A stretch of 64,000 bases of DNA from Octopus sinensis (Eukaryota), in the NCBI RefSeq assembly GCF_006345805.1, contig NW_021834487.1, positions 299,799 through 363,798 on the forward strand, read 5' to 3'. Both the position numbers and the translations under genes were made by a program. Shown here one piece after another: positions 24,377 through 38,005 of the stretch (its first letter is position 1; each line of letters opens with the position of its first letter). The notes below the pieces were generated by a model. The model saw only the letters and a list, made by a program, of their open reading frames with translations. It made no database searches and was not told where the DNA came from.

Positions 24377-24962
24377 ATATTTCGGAATGGTCATTTTGCC
24401 AGTTTAGCCAATAAAACAAACGCACTATATATTTGGTGTTATTTTGCTTCAGTATTATTTATTTTTTACATTAATCTTAATCTTATTTTGGCCAGAGTTC
24501 TTTCGTCACACTCCTGTGACTGCATCAGTGGTCCTTTGTTTTCTTCTTTCTTATTTGTGTCTCTCCTTACTAACCGTCAGCCATTTTGTATTTCTATTGT
24601 ATGTCTTCATTTGCGCATGCTTATATCTCTATGTGCGTCTGTTTATTTAGTGTGTGTGTGTGGGGGTGGGTGCCTGTAATATTTGTGTCTTCTGTTTATA
24701 TACGTTCATGTAATTTGTTTTTGTTGTTGTTGTTTTTGTTTATTCTTATTTTGTTCATGTGCTTATATAGTTATTTATTTCTATTTGTTTATTTATCTGT
24801 GTATTTATTATGTTTTCGGGATCCTCTACCGTCATATGTTATGGTGTGTGCTAGTGTTCCATCCTAGTTTTCTATTCAGGCTCGGTTTATTTTCTATTAT
24901 GTGTGTAGCTTCTGTAATTTATTGGCTAAACTGGCAAAATGACCATTCCGAAATATAACAAT
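24371..24962. mobile_element. 592 bp element with perfect 45 bp terminal inverted repeats (MITE, or PLE with inverted end)
   Basis: ATTGTTATATTTCGGAATGGTCATTTTGCCAGTTTAGCCAATAAA (24371-24415) is the exact reverse complement of 24918-24962; the left end abuts (TA)n. Confidence 0.8.
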
Positions 24963-25030
24963 ATCTGTTTCAACACACGACTTCACATAAAAAAATCTTG
25001 CATAACAAATATATAAACGTACTATATATA

Positions 25031-25075
<45 letters not shown>

Positions 25076-25227
25076 CATACATACATATATACTATGTGCG
25101 TGCGTGCGCGCGCGTGTGTATGTGTGTGTGTGGCTAGCTCTGTTGGTGGAGTACAAAACACTTAATTTTGGGGTCGTGTCTTCAAACACCACATTGTACA
25201 TGTGTGCGTGAACTATATATATATATA

Positions 25228-26400
25228 TTAGGTTGTCTTACGTGAACTGTCACCTTTCAAAAAGGGAAACATTACAATTGTTTACTAAGTTTTAGAATAT
25301 TTATTTATTTAATCAAAATATAATTCTTTTTCATTTATGACCTTCTTCCAGTGTTACTCTAAGGCATATATTCCATCTCCAAAGAATTAGTCACATTTTA
25401 CACTGATAAACTGTTCGAATGCTTCAATTATCTCTTCTTTATTTAAAAATGTTTTATTGCGTATAGCAAGCTTGAAGTGTTTAAATATGTGATAATCAGT
25501 AGAAACGATATCAGAAGAATAAGGAGGATGTGCCAAAATTTCCTTATCCAGGCTTTGCAACTTTCAGACCGTAGCTTGGGAAATGTGAGGCCGTGCATTT
25601 TCATGAAGCAAAAATGTGCTATCTTCATTCACTAATATGGGTTACATTTAAAAACTGTTTCATGCATACAATCAATTTCTTGGCGATAGGATGTTGCTGT
25701 TAGTTTTCCTTGTTGCAAAAATGAATAAAAATTAACCCACCTTTGTTGACCAGCACACAGTGACCATCAACATTTTAGGGTGCAATGGTGGTTTTGGGTA
25801 GTGTTTTGGTGACTCTCTTACATTTAACCACTGTCCTGTCCTCCTGCTGTTATCAAAGAATACTCTTTTTTCATCACACATAATGAGTCGATACAAAAAA
25901 ATGTTTCTCTTCCCAACCGAGAAATCAACATGGCACGCACTGTAAGGCGTCTGTTTCTTTGAATCTCATTAAGTTGGTGGGGAATAAATCTATTCATCTT
26001 TTTGACTTTTCCAATTTTCTTCAAGTGTCGAGAACCAGTTGCGGGAGATATCCGGAGATCTGATCCGATTTTCGTTTAATCAAAGCATTCATTTTATCAT
26101 GCCAAATAACTGATTTTGGTTTCCCTCTTAGTTCAGTTTTAGGCTTTCATTTCCCGAACGAAATCTTTGGAACCATATCTGAACAGTTCTAATGTCAACA
26201 GAATCGCTACCAAAAACATGCTTGATGTTTCGAAGAGCTTCGGCGGTAGAGTGACCCAACTTGTATTCGTACAAGAAAATCACTCGGTATTGTTCAGTTG
26301 TCAACATTGTCATAAGAGCTGTAGGTAGCAATTTAGAATAATAGTATTGTGTAAAAAAGAAAGATAGTTCAAAGTAAACACAAGCATATACATAGAAACT
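25228..26400 (-). mobile_element. Decayed mariner (Tc1/mariner) transposon
   Basis: Transposase N-terminus RVIFLYEYKLGHSTAEALRNIKHVFG..IRTVQIWFQRFRSGNESL; KIGKVKKMNRFIPHQLNE; C-terminus FFGDGIYAL..WKKVINEK; TA-flanked TIR-like TTAGGTTGTC at 25228. The other TIR was not recognised. Confidence 0.85.
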
Positions 26401-26926
26401 CATTAAAAATCTATTTATAACTGGACGTACACTATAACTCTCTTCTATTTTTTTTTTCTCTTGTGAAAGAAAATATTTCTCCAGTGTTCGCTATTTTACC
26501 CTCGTTCTGTTCTAACGATCTTCCATGTTTGTTTTCGTTCAGGTTCCTTGTATATCTCCATCCATTTCCAAGAAAGTTTATCATTATCTTTTTGATGCGA
26601 CTCTACTCTATACTATTTTCTCCCCTATCGTTCTCTCTCATCCTTTCTCTAATTTGCTTTTTTCTCCCCTTCACCGTTTTTATCAGACTCTCTTTTTTCT
26701 CTTTCTCCTCTAGTTGCTCACACGTGACCATCGTCCATCTTTCTTCTACTCACGTGATCATCTGTTTTTTTCTTTCAAGTCTTCATCAACCAACAACTGA
26801 TGAAAGGTCGTTCTTTATGTTATATGTCCAGTTTTCCATATTTTTCATTCGTTGTTTGCATATTGAACTCAATTGTTTTCGTTTTCATGTTGTTTACTGT
26901 TGGTGACGCGCTGTACCTATATATGC

Positions 26927-26984
<58 letters not shown>

Positions 26985-27149
26985 GTGTGTGTGTATGTAT
27001 GTGTATATGCATGTATTTATCTATGTGTGAGTGAGAGAGCGAGAGAGGGAGAGAAGAGAACAGAATTTGTTGTATGAGTGTCCGTTTGTGTATGAATGTA
27101 AGTGAACAACTTTGCGTAAGTAAATTCCTTATGAAGAAAAATTTCATTC

Positions 27150-27595
27150 GATTTCGTATTACATAAATAGATATCAATATTCTTAAACATGTGGTAAATT
27201 TCTTACAATTTTCAGTAATTCGTTTTCGATTAAATATGATGGCAGAAGTATCTAGTGTGCCCATAGGATCATATGATGGAACTGAAATGTGTGAATTGAT
27301 ACGATTATATATCTTATACACACTTCGGAAGAAATTTCGGCCTGCATAAATAGGACCCTCTGAGAAGTGGGACCAGCCATTTTGTAAAAAATAATCGACT
27401 ATAAATGGATAGTGTCAAGTACAAGTTCAACAACCTTTTCAGAGACATCTTCCCTGCTTGTTTAAATGTTTTTTCCAATGTCTGCACTATGTTTCTACAG
27501 ACTATTGATAAGCATTTTACAATAAACCATAGTTATAATAAGATTTTTATTATGAAGATCGATGATGTAAGTTACAGGTGCATCAGAAATTTTCT
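27150..27595 (+). mobile_element. Decayed Penelope-like (Naiad-type) reverse transcriptase fragments
   Basis: VPIGSYDGTEMCELIRLYILYTLRKKF resembles the MGSYDGAEICELVGL motif; LQTIDKHFTINHSYNKIF..VSYRCIRN resembles the FLKLIDKHFP..KIFN..VSYSCM motif. Internal deletions and stops are present. Confidence 0.7.
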
Positions 27596-29271
27596 ACTTC
27601 CATAACTAATACAAACACCACAATAGCTTCGAGTACAGATTGATAAAACAGATTCTTGCGAGTGTATTTGGTAGGCGGAAACTGACAGAAGCCCGTAATA
27701 CATACGTGTCTTTGTGTGTGTATGTGTGTGTGTATGTGTGTGTCTGTGTGTCTGTGTCTGCGTCTAAGTGAGCAGAAGACATTTATGGAATATGCCATGC
27801 AGTGCGATAGGATTGATCTAGTAGTCATGTGTTTGAGAAGGTTCTTACCACATGCACAAATACGCATACACTTATATACATAGTGCATACATACATAGAG
27901 ACAAACATACATACATACATATATACATATATACATACATAGATACAAGTACGCACGACGACGCACATACACACTTTTTTATTTCAAATTTACCTTTTAT
28001 TAGTTTTTATAAACATATCATATGTGTGTATCTCTCCCTTTCTCTATCCTTCTCTCTCTCTTTATGAGCATATATATATATACACACACACATACATATA
28101 TACAATTTTGTATATATACACGTATGTATGTAGGTAAGTATTACTACCTATGTATGCGTCATACTTTAACCTTGACCTTCACATTTCCCAGCATTCATAA
28201 TGAAGTTATGTAGAGGAGTAGGAGGGTTTCGAAAAAAATCTAATTATATTATTTTCACACTAAAAGACAAATACTATCATTTCATTTCATTAATTTTCAA
28301 TGTGTGTTGAAAGAGTGTGTGGCTGTCTTTCGCAAAAATGTTATTATATATTTTCATATACGTTTTATAGATATTTTGTAATGAATACTTTCGTTTTATT
28401 AGATAAGCTAGGCAATTTTGTTTCAACCAATGATGTAGTATTAACTGTTGTAATGAGCCATTATTATATACTGAAGTGTGATGCTTGTTTTACGGCTGTG
28501 TGATTTGGACGATTGATTCGCCGTTACGTGGTTCGAGTTCAGTCCCATAAAACGGCACCTTAAGCAAGTATTATCCTGGGCTGACTGACGTTTCATGAGT
28601 GAATTTTGTTGCCGGAAATAGTGTAGATACCCATATATGTGTGCGTATATGTGTGTGTGCGCGTGAGCGTATATATATACATACACCCACAAACACACAC
28701 ACACACACATACATACATATATATATATATGTATGTATGTATGTATATATGTATATGTATGTATAAAATCAAAATAAGCAACAAGGATATCCAGAGGTAA
28801 TGCAGTACGATCGTTTCATGCAACTCCATTTAATCTAACAATGTAATCATTACATCAATTTAAAATGCAGGGCAATCCTCAGCTGTACAGAGACATACAC
28901 TTTAATTGAATTAGAACATATGGACACATTAATATAATTATACCTAAAATCTCCAAGAAGTTAAGGAGATAGACGAAGAAGATGTCTCTACTTCAGCATA
29001 GAAGTTATTGCATTACCGCTGGATATCCTTGTTGCTTAATTTGATTTTAATCACCTTACTTTGAAATTGTTTGGATAATACCATACTAAATTCTGATGCT
29101 TCAACTTAAGTACCATATTCATCTGAATCTACGTGTGTGTGTGTGTGTGTGTGTGTGCATCCGTGCGTGTATGTGTGTGTGTGTGTGCGTGTATAAATGC
29201 ATACGTATGTGTGTGTTGATATAGAAATATTTAAGATTGAACTGAAAAACCTACTCTGTTGTGTATGGGGA

Positions 29272-29476
29272 GAGTCATTCTCTTTTAGTGCCTTATAATT
29301 TAACACACTCACCGGTAAAATTTCCACTCATTTCCGTCTTTATTTTTCTAAAATTTTTGTGACGTCTTGCAACCGTTTCAAGACGCAACGAAAATTTTAG
29401 AAAAATACAGAAGGAAATGAGAGGAAATTTTACCGGTGAGTGTGTTAAGCTATAAGACACTAAAAGAGAATGTCTC
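29272..29476. mobile_element. 205 bp hairpin MITE-like element
   Basis: Imperfect arms of about 85 bp (CATTCTCTTTTAGTG..AACACACTCACCGGTAAAATTTCC / GGAAATTTTACCGGTGAGTGTGTT..CACTAAAAGAGAATG) around a small inner hairpin GCGTCTTG-like stem. Confidence 0.75.
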
Positions 29477-30706
29477 GTCCCAGACACACCACAATATGCT
29501 TCAACACACGAACTCACGTAATCCAAAAATGAAATGAAAACCTACTACTTTTCAGTAATGTACATATTTATTAACAGATTTTTAATATTCTCCCAAAGAG
29601 CCTGAGAACTCTCCACAATGTAGATGTAGGGGTTTTTAAATCAAGTCTTGACCTGTTCCTGCCGAGAGTCCCAGATGAACCCACCTCACCGCAAGAGGTG
29701 CAAATGAGGGTAGCTACATCAAACTCCATTCTAAACCAAGTGCTATATATTAAAGGAAGATCTCAGTATTAAAAGTGTAGCACAACGGCGGTGCTCCAGC
29801 ATGGCCACAGCTATGAGCTGAAACTACAAAAAAAAATTGAAAAGGAAAATCTTGACTGTGGTTTCGAAATTTAAGCATACTTGCTTTTCATCAATCTCTG
29901 ATGATTTTTCTCTTTTCTGTTTTAATATAGTCACTGACAGGCTGTTTTGCGACTGGAGAAGCAATGTGAATGATAGTTAGATATAGTGTGGGTAGAGATT
30001 GGAAGCAGTTGTTTTGTAAGGGGGAAAATATCGGCGGATAGGAGAAAAATATGTGTTTACGGGGCGTCAAATGATAGACATAATGGAAGTATTTCGATGA
30101 ACAGCTAGCTGAATTTTGCCTCCGGGAAAAATCTCTTAACATACGTATTGTGTTAAATATCAAAATAAACTTGAGAGCTAGGCGAAACGAAAACGTGCGA
30201 GAAGTGGCCACTAGAGCTTCAGATGAATGTTTCGAAGATTTTGCGGTTTGTCAGAGTCGCGTACGAATCACTTCGGACATGATGTTTATTTAATAGGCCA
30301 GTCTGAAACATAGGATGTGGCAGAAAGGTTGTCCCGATTTCAAAGGTTAATAGAAAAACAAAAACATGAAGATACAAGTAAAAAAAACGATGCTCTCCCC
30401 TCCAGGCGATGGTGGGTACTACATGAAACAGAAGGAAAAATGGCATTTAATGAACGTTATAGAAATACAAAGTTTTTTCATGCATCTTCATGTGCTTGTC
30501 TTTTATGAACCTTTGAAATCGGCTGCACCCTGTATAATATAAAAACAATGTAGAGATATGCATTGGTACGGCTTAGGCTGAATAGATTTTGAACTATGCA
30601 GTGGAAGAGGGTCTAGTATAAAGTCTTTTATATGGCTAACTTAACTTATGTATAAACTGCGATTTCTGGAGTTTTATCGACACATAAAATAATGCCTAAC
30701 ATTTGA

Positions 30707-31135
30707 GGCGCAGCATTGGCTTCCAGTGGTAAGTATCTTGCTAACCAGCCACATGGTTCCGGGTTCAGTCCCAATGTGTGGTAACTTGGGCAAGTGTGTT
30801 CTACTATAGCCTCAGGCCGACCAATGACTTGTGAGTGGATTTGGTAGACGGAAACTGAAAGAAGCCTGTCATATATATATATACATATATAGATAGATAG
30901 ATATAGGTATATATCCGTGTGTGTGTGTGTGTGTGTGTTTGTGTGTTTGTATTTTGTACTGCCCCACCATCGCTAGACAACCGATGTTTGTGTATTTACG
31001 CCCCCGTAACCTGGCGTTTTGGCAAAAGAGACCGATAGAATAAGTACAAAGACTAAGACCTGGGGTGGAGTTACTCGACTGAAGGCGGTGCTCCAGCATG
31101 GCTGCAGTCAAATGACTGAAACAAATAAAACAATA
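30707..31135 (+). mobile_element. SINE family A, full length, diverged
   Basis: Head, CORE-like body, TA/GT linker and second module are all recognisable. Confidence 0.85.
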
Positions 31136-32317
31136 AACATTATAATGTGTAATTTGCATGAATATTTTTCAACAATCTCAGTCTCCATAATGATTTTATC
31201 ATGAAATTTCCATAAAATATATGACATATTAGGGAAAGGGTAGTGGAAGTTACGTACTATAATGGCTAGACTTGATAAGCAAAATATTCTATGGAGATAT
31301 AAAATACAAGAATATGTTCTTCGATATACGACCATGAAATTCATCTACAACTAGCTATTCAAGAGACCAAATATTATTTCTTCTAAATAACAGAATACAG
31401 ACTAAAATAAGAGGAATTACACGCCGATGAAGATCAACGCCGCTATGATATTAAATATATTCCCTCAGAATACCTTCATAGTGTTAATAGCATTCACGCT
31501 TATCTAGAAGACGTTTCTGTTGGGAAATTAGTTATTCATTGGCAAAATTAACAGCGGTTAATATTTTAGAACAAAAATAATAGGCAAAGAGATCCACTAG
31601 ACAGGCTAAATTAGACCAGTTTCACTAAGTTGGTTAATAATGTTGCATTGAGAGTCTACGAAATCTATGCTGTACAGTATATTTGGAATGATTTCATTGA
31701 AAAATTGGGGGCAGCAAAAAGATTTGTCGTTTAGAGTTATCTATTTTGACAAATCTCCAAATTTGGAATGATAGCAGCAGAGCAAGGATTTGTTGTGAAA
31801 ATATTGAATATTGGGCATGTCCAGTTTAAAAAATATTTAGGTGGGAGCAATGCGACTGGAGAGAACGGAGCACTGTAAAACATCTTCCTTATTGAATCCG
31901 AAGGCGCATGTGACACCCGGCGTGCCGAGGTCCGAGGTCGACTTCGCCCGGCATGCAAACGTTTCTGCCAGTAATATCTGCACATGTATCATAAATATTT
32001 TTCTACTTTGTAATTGTATATTGGCACCATTCGCACCCACACGATTAAACACTTATACTACATCAGGTCCCCAAACAGTGGTACAGCATTTAATATGCAG
32101 AAGGCAGACTATTTCACTTGCATTTCCTCTTCCGTTTTAATTTATTCCTTTCATTCTCTGCTATCTACATCTCAAACATGAGTTCCGACCTCATGTTGAT
32201 AGTCAAGCTTTTCTTACCGATGGAACAACCATTTCACATGTCTTAGACTCATTATTTACTTTTTCTTTCTTACCTGCATCGTCTTTCACTACCTTTTTCT
32301 ATGCATCTCTCACTCTG

Positions 32318-32739
32318 TTTACTCTCTACTCTTTTTACTTGTTTCAGTCATTTGACTGTGGTCATGCTGGAGCACCGCCTTTAGTCGAGCAAATCGACCC
32401 CATGACATATTCTTTGTAAGCCTAGTACTTATTCTATCGGTCTCTTTTGTTGAACCCTAAGGTACAGGAACGTAAACACACAAGCATCGGTTGTCAAGCG
32501 ATGTTAGGGGGACAAACACAGACACACAAATATATACACATACATACACACACACACACATATATATATATACGCATATATACGACGGGCTTCTTTCAGT
32601 TTCTGTCTACAAAAGCCACTTCCAAGGCTTTGGTTGGCCCGAAGCTATAGTAGAAGACAGTTGCCCAAGGTGCCACTCAGAGGGACTGAACCCGGAACCA
32701 TGTGGTTGGTAAGCAAGCTACTTGCCACACAGCAACTCT
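32318..32739 (-). mobile_element. SINE family A, full length
   Basis: Collinear with the 10334 copy. Confidence 0.88.
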
Positions 32740-33339
32740 TTTTTTCAAACATACTTTTAATCTTGAACTTACATGTATTCCTTTCTATTAGTATTCCTTT
32801 GTATTAGTGATTATTCCATACATCTTTTTCCGTTCTGTATGCTTGTTACCTGCTACTGCAGCTTTCGCATTTCCCATTTTTCCCTTCTAATTAAAAATGT
32901 AGCTGCTTTATACGATTTACTATTACCATTTGGTTTTTTCTAATTCACAGCATATATAATTCTCCCCTCATTGTATATGTATCTTTGTATAATATGCTAT
33001 TTAGTATCACCCAGTAGCCGAATTTTCGAAACAACTGTAAGATCTATTTATATCTTGCAATTTGTGTATGTATATGTAATATGTCATACAATACGAATTA
33101 CTGCCACGCATAATGAGCAAAGAGAAAGCTCTCATAGTAGCCAGTGGCATGTATATTTATAACATACACAAATACATGTATATCAAATGTCATACAATAA
33201 AATTTATTGATTTATGAAATTATTACCGCCTCTAGAGGACGTGTCATAATTACCAAATGGAAACTCAGACAATCTCCAATCGCAAGAATCGAGAATTTCT
33301 CCAATGTTGACATGCCATTAAAGAAACACACACACACAT

Positions 33340-33353
33340 AGACAGAGAGATAA

Positions 33354-33451
<98 letters not shown>

Positions 33452-33452
33452 C

Positions 33453-33514
<62 letters not shown>

Positions 33515-33525
33515 CAGAGAGATAA

Positions 33526-33594
<69 letters not shown>

Positions 33595-33656
33595 CAGACA
33601 GAGAGAGAGATTGATAAGTAGGTAGATGATAGATAGATAGATAGATAGATAGATAT

Positions 33657-33729
<73 letters not shown>

Positions 33730-33730
33730 C
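33340..33730. repeat. (GATA)n compound microsatellite, about 390 bp
   Basis: Direct reading; the variant GACAGAGAG recurs at about 33340, 33513 and 33597. Confidence 0.95.
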
Positions 33731-34467
33731 ATGCCGATAGACACAGAGAGAGTGATTGATAAGCAGGTAGATGATGGATACATGCATACATACATCCACA
33801 GAGGGAGATAAATAGTTAGATAGGCAGACAGGCAGGAGGACATACACATTTCAGATTCATTACTTTTCGTCATAGAATTGTTTTATGAAATTGTCTAAGT
33901 GCATAAAGGTGCACGATGATAGATCATAGACAAGATCTACGTCCATGTATTCACACTTATATTGAACTATGATCTTCATTTTTTCATTGAGAATGACACA
34001 GTATATATGTGTGTATATGTGTGCGAGTCAGTTTATCAGCCTGTCTATATGTATGCATGTATGTATCTATACATACACAGACATACAAGGACATAGAAGC
34101 GGGCAAAAATGATGTTACCCTTGGTATAATATATATCAACGTGTACTGAATTACGCAAAAATATAGTTAGATCAAAAGAAAGTGGCTACATGTATCTATG
34201 TATGTGCGTGTGTATCTGTAAACATGTATGAGTGTATGAATGCATGTTTTTAGACCATTATGAATTCCCCTTGTTGTGATAAATATATATATATCTATAT
34301 ATGTTCCCATTGATCTCTATCTATACACATATTGATGTACGCAGAGGTATAGTATAGTGAAAGTACTCTGTGGTTTTATATACTGGACACATTCGCGTAT
34401 ATGAGAATATATACACAAGATTTAATACATCTTTAATCTCTTCCTCTCTCGGTTTCTGTCTATCTGC

Positions 34468-34515
<48 letters not shown>

Positions 34516-34532
34516 CTCTCTCTCATTCGATA

Positions 34533-34571
<39 letters not shown>

Positions 34572-34674
34572 TGGAAAGATGGATAGAGAGAAAGGGGAAG
34601 GAAGATAGAGAGAGAAATACAAGTATGCAGCTATACAAATTATTGAGGAACAGGATGATAAATTGGCAAACAGT

Positions 34675-34714
<40 letters not shown>

Positions 34715-34775
34715 CTGACACACAGACAGATTCAAAGATCATCTTATTTAACGGAGAGTGCAACGTAATGTGTAC

Positions 34776-34830
<55 letters not shown>

Positions 34831-35075
34831 ATATATACATATATGCTTTTATATATATATATGTATATATATATACACACATATATATGTTTATATATAC
34901 ACACATATATGTATATACACATACATATATTTATGTGTGTGTGTGCGTACATACCTACACACATATATACCTAAATATATATGAACATATATATATACAT
35001 AGAATTATAATAAATATAAGAATATATACATATGCATATAGTTAGTAAAATAAATAAAGAGATAGATAGACAGAC

Positions 35076-35226
<151 letters not shown>

Positions 35227-35844
35227 GTAACTTATATGTACATGACTCACAGTAACTGACTACGTGAATGTATAATAGTTGGATATATTGTCTATCTGGT
35301 TGCTAATTCTGTTGTTTGTGTCTGTGTCTGTGTGTAATTGTGTATATGTGTGTGTGTGTTTATCTCTATTTGTCTGTGTTTATGAGCTTGTGGGTATTTG
35401 TATGCAAACTATCGATAAAAGAGAAGCAATAGAAAAGTAGCCAGAGCGGAAATGAAATTATATGTGAAGATAAAACAATATAAAGAGTTGGCACTAAATA
35501 ATTGGTCAGCGATTATAACGAGAGATAACATTATTGTTCGGTTGGAACTGTTATTACGCCGTCTTGTATCTAGTGAATCTCTACCACTATTCTTCTCAAT
35601 CACACACGCATACATACATACTACATATATTAATATTTACGCACGTAAGCATATATAAATAAACGTAAAATAAAGCTATGTATACGTACGTCTGTGCGTG
35701 TGAATGTGTTCGTATGTATGTACGTTTCTACGAATGTATATGTATATATGTGTGTGACTGTATCAACTGAAAAACATACATGCATATTTTATGTATGTGT
35801 GAGTATATACGTGTATACATATGTGTATATCTATATTCATATCC

Positions 35845-35916
<72 letters not shown>

Positions 35917-35924
35917 TATAATCA

Positions 35925-36046
35925 AAGAGATACCTCCATGCTGAAAATAGCATCCAAAACTTGACTCTAAAACCACATTAAATGTTTATTTAATGTGGTT
36001 TTAGGGTCAAGTTTTGGCTGCTATTCCTAGCGTGGAGGTATCTCTT
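35925..36046. repeat. 122 bp palindrome (59 bp arms, GTTT loop)
   Basis: AAGAGATACCTCCATGCTG..CCACATTAAAT-gttt-ATTTAATGTGG..CGTGGAGGTATCTCTT, with about 6 mismatches. Confidence 0.85.
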
Positions 36047-36277
36047 ATAGACCCTAAATTATAATTTTAATGATGATTATTACCTTTCAAGGTTTTTATT
36101 CTCATGCTGGCCACTTGATAAGATCGATAATTAAATTAACGATCTTATCCTTATATTATATATATATATATATATTATATATATATATATATAATATATA
36201 TATTATATATTATATTATATTATATATATATATATATATTCCCCTTCTTCTCTCCCTTCTCTTGCTCCTCCTCCCCC

Positions 36278-36343
36278 CTTCCCGTCGTTCACCCCCGACG
36301 TGACTTCCGCCTTCCCGTTGTTCACCCGCCACGTCACTTCCGC
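36278..36343 (+). promoter_or_regulatory. 2 x 33 bp tandem unit with overlapping ETS/CRE-like motifs
   Basis: GACGTGACTTCCGC and CACGTCACTTCCGC; the second reads GCGGAAGTGACGTG on minus. Local GC/CpG-rich patch upstream of the P1 repeat. Confidence 0.4.
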
Positions 36344-37537
36344 TGCTGTCTCTCTCCCCTGGCTCTCTCAAGGTAATGGACGACATTCTTTTTGCTCCGC
36401 TCGTCGTCCATAAAAAAATTCTGCGTTTGCAATACTTTTTTCGTTCGGCGTTAACAGCCCTTCTTATCTTGTTCTTCCTTGTCCTGTCTTTTACTGTTTA
36501 CAATTTGTACTGTCGTTACTGTCCTGTTGTAACCATTTTTTACCCCTCTGCGAAAAGATCTCAGAATTTTAATTGATTTGCTTTTCGCAGGAAGGAAAGT
36601 TTTCTTGTCGAAGATACGTCTCGCTTTTATCCTTCGAAACGTAGAGTAGATGAAACCTTTAGCGTCTGAAGAAGGGGTTTGTTCTTTGTGTTAATTGTCC
36701 TGTACTCTATTTTTTTTTTGCTTTTTTAAAAAAAATGTCCAGTTCCTTTGGTTTGTGTCTATGTTTTCGTTTCTCATTATGTTCGACGTGCTTTTGGTGT
36801 CCTGTACTCATATATGCGTGTATATGTACATGTACAGGTAGGTACGTACATATATGTTTATATATATGCATATGCTTTATTTTATTTATTAATATATATA
36901 TATATTATATATATAGGTATTTATACACACACACGCACACGTAAATACATCGTCATTTAATGTCGCACACGCACATTTTCCCGTAAACAGAGTGCTCAAT
37001 ACAATCTGTAAATCGATGTATATTTGCAAACATTTGGAGAATTATAAATATATAGAAATTCATAGCATGGAATGACGCAGTCGCAAATAACTATCCACGA
37101 TACTAACAAAAATCTATATAACGCTTTGTTTTACTTCTTTCTAATTCATATTAATCACTTTTATATATCATGGCTCTTGATTGCGTTTGTGCCACTTTTT
37201 GTGTAATGAAATACAGTGTTTGTATATATGCATATGTGTATGCTGGTGTGTGTGTGTGTATGTGTGTGTTTAGACATACACTCTTATATTTGGTGGACTA
37301 CTTGACAGAACTACTTCTGTTCCCATATAAACAAAATGGAGGTCGTTGACAACTTGCTTGTGAATAGTATGTTTATGTATTGAAATGGTATTCGCCATTT
37401 TAAACTAACCACTGAATCACTGAGTAATATGTATAACATACTTTACTTTCTTAAGTATTGAGTAATGTAAGCCTTCTGAGGAATAAAGTCACATGCATAT
37501 ATATATATACACACACATATATATATATAATATATAT

Positions 37538-37571
<34 letters not shown>

Positions 37572-37589
37572 ATATATATATATATATAT

Positions 37590-38005
37590 TCTTTCATTCT
37601 TTTACTCGTTTCATTCAGTTGACTGCGGCCATGCTGGATCGCCTTAAAGAGTTATAGTCGAAGAAATCGACCCCAGGACATATTCTTTGAAAACTAGTAC
37701 TTATTCCCTCGGTCTCACTTGCCGAACGGCTATATTACGGGGGCATAAACACATCACCATCAGTTGTCAAGCGATGGGGGAGGACAAACACAGACACACA
37801 CATAAATACATATATAGCTATATATACACTTATATATACATTCGTATATATATATATATATATATATACGACAGTATACCTTCTGTCTATCAAATCTAAG
37901 ACTTTGGTCGGCCCGAGGCTAGAGTAGAAGACACATGCTTAAAGCATCACGCAGCGGGATTGAACTCAGAATCATGAGGGTGGGAAGCAAGCTTCTTACC
38001 CACAT
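37590..38005 (-). mobile_element. SINE family A, diverged
   Basis: Both modules and the linker are recognisable. Confidence 0.75.

Noticed and set aside
26785-26830. CTGATGAAAGGTCGTTCTTT as a ribozyme core
   Set aside because: No downstream GAAA or stem III.
31140-31830. Possible decayed transposase or host exon
   Set aside because: Only short open stretches with no motif I can name.
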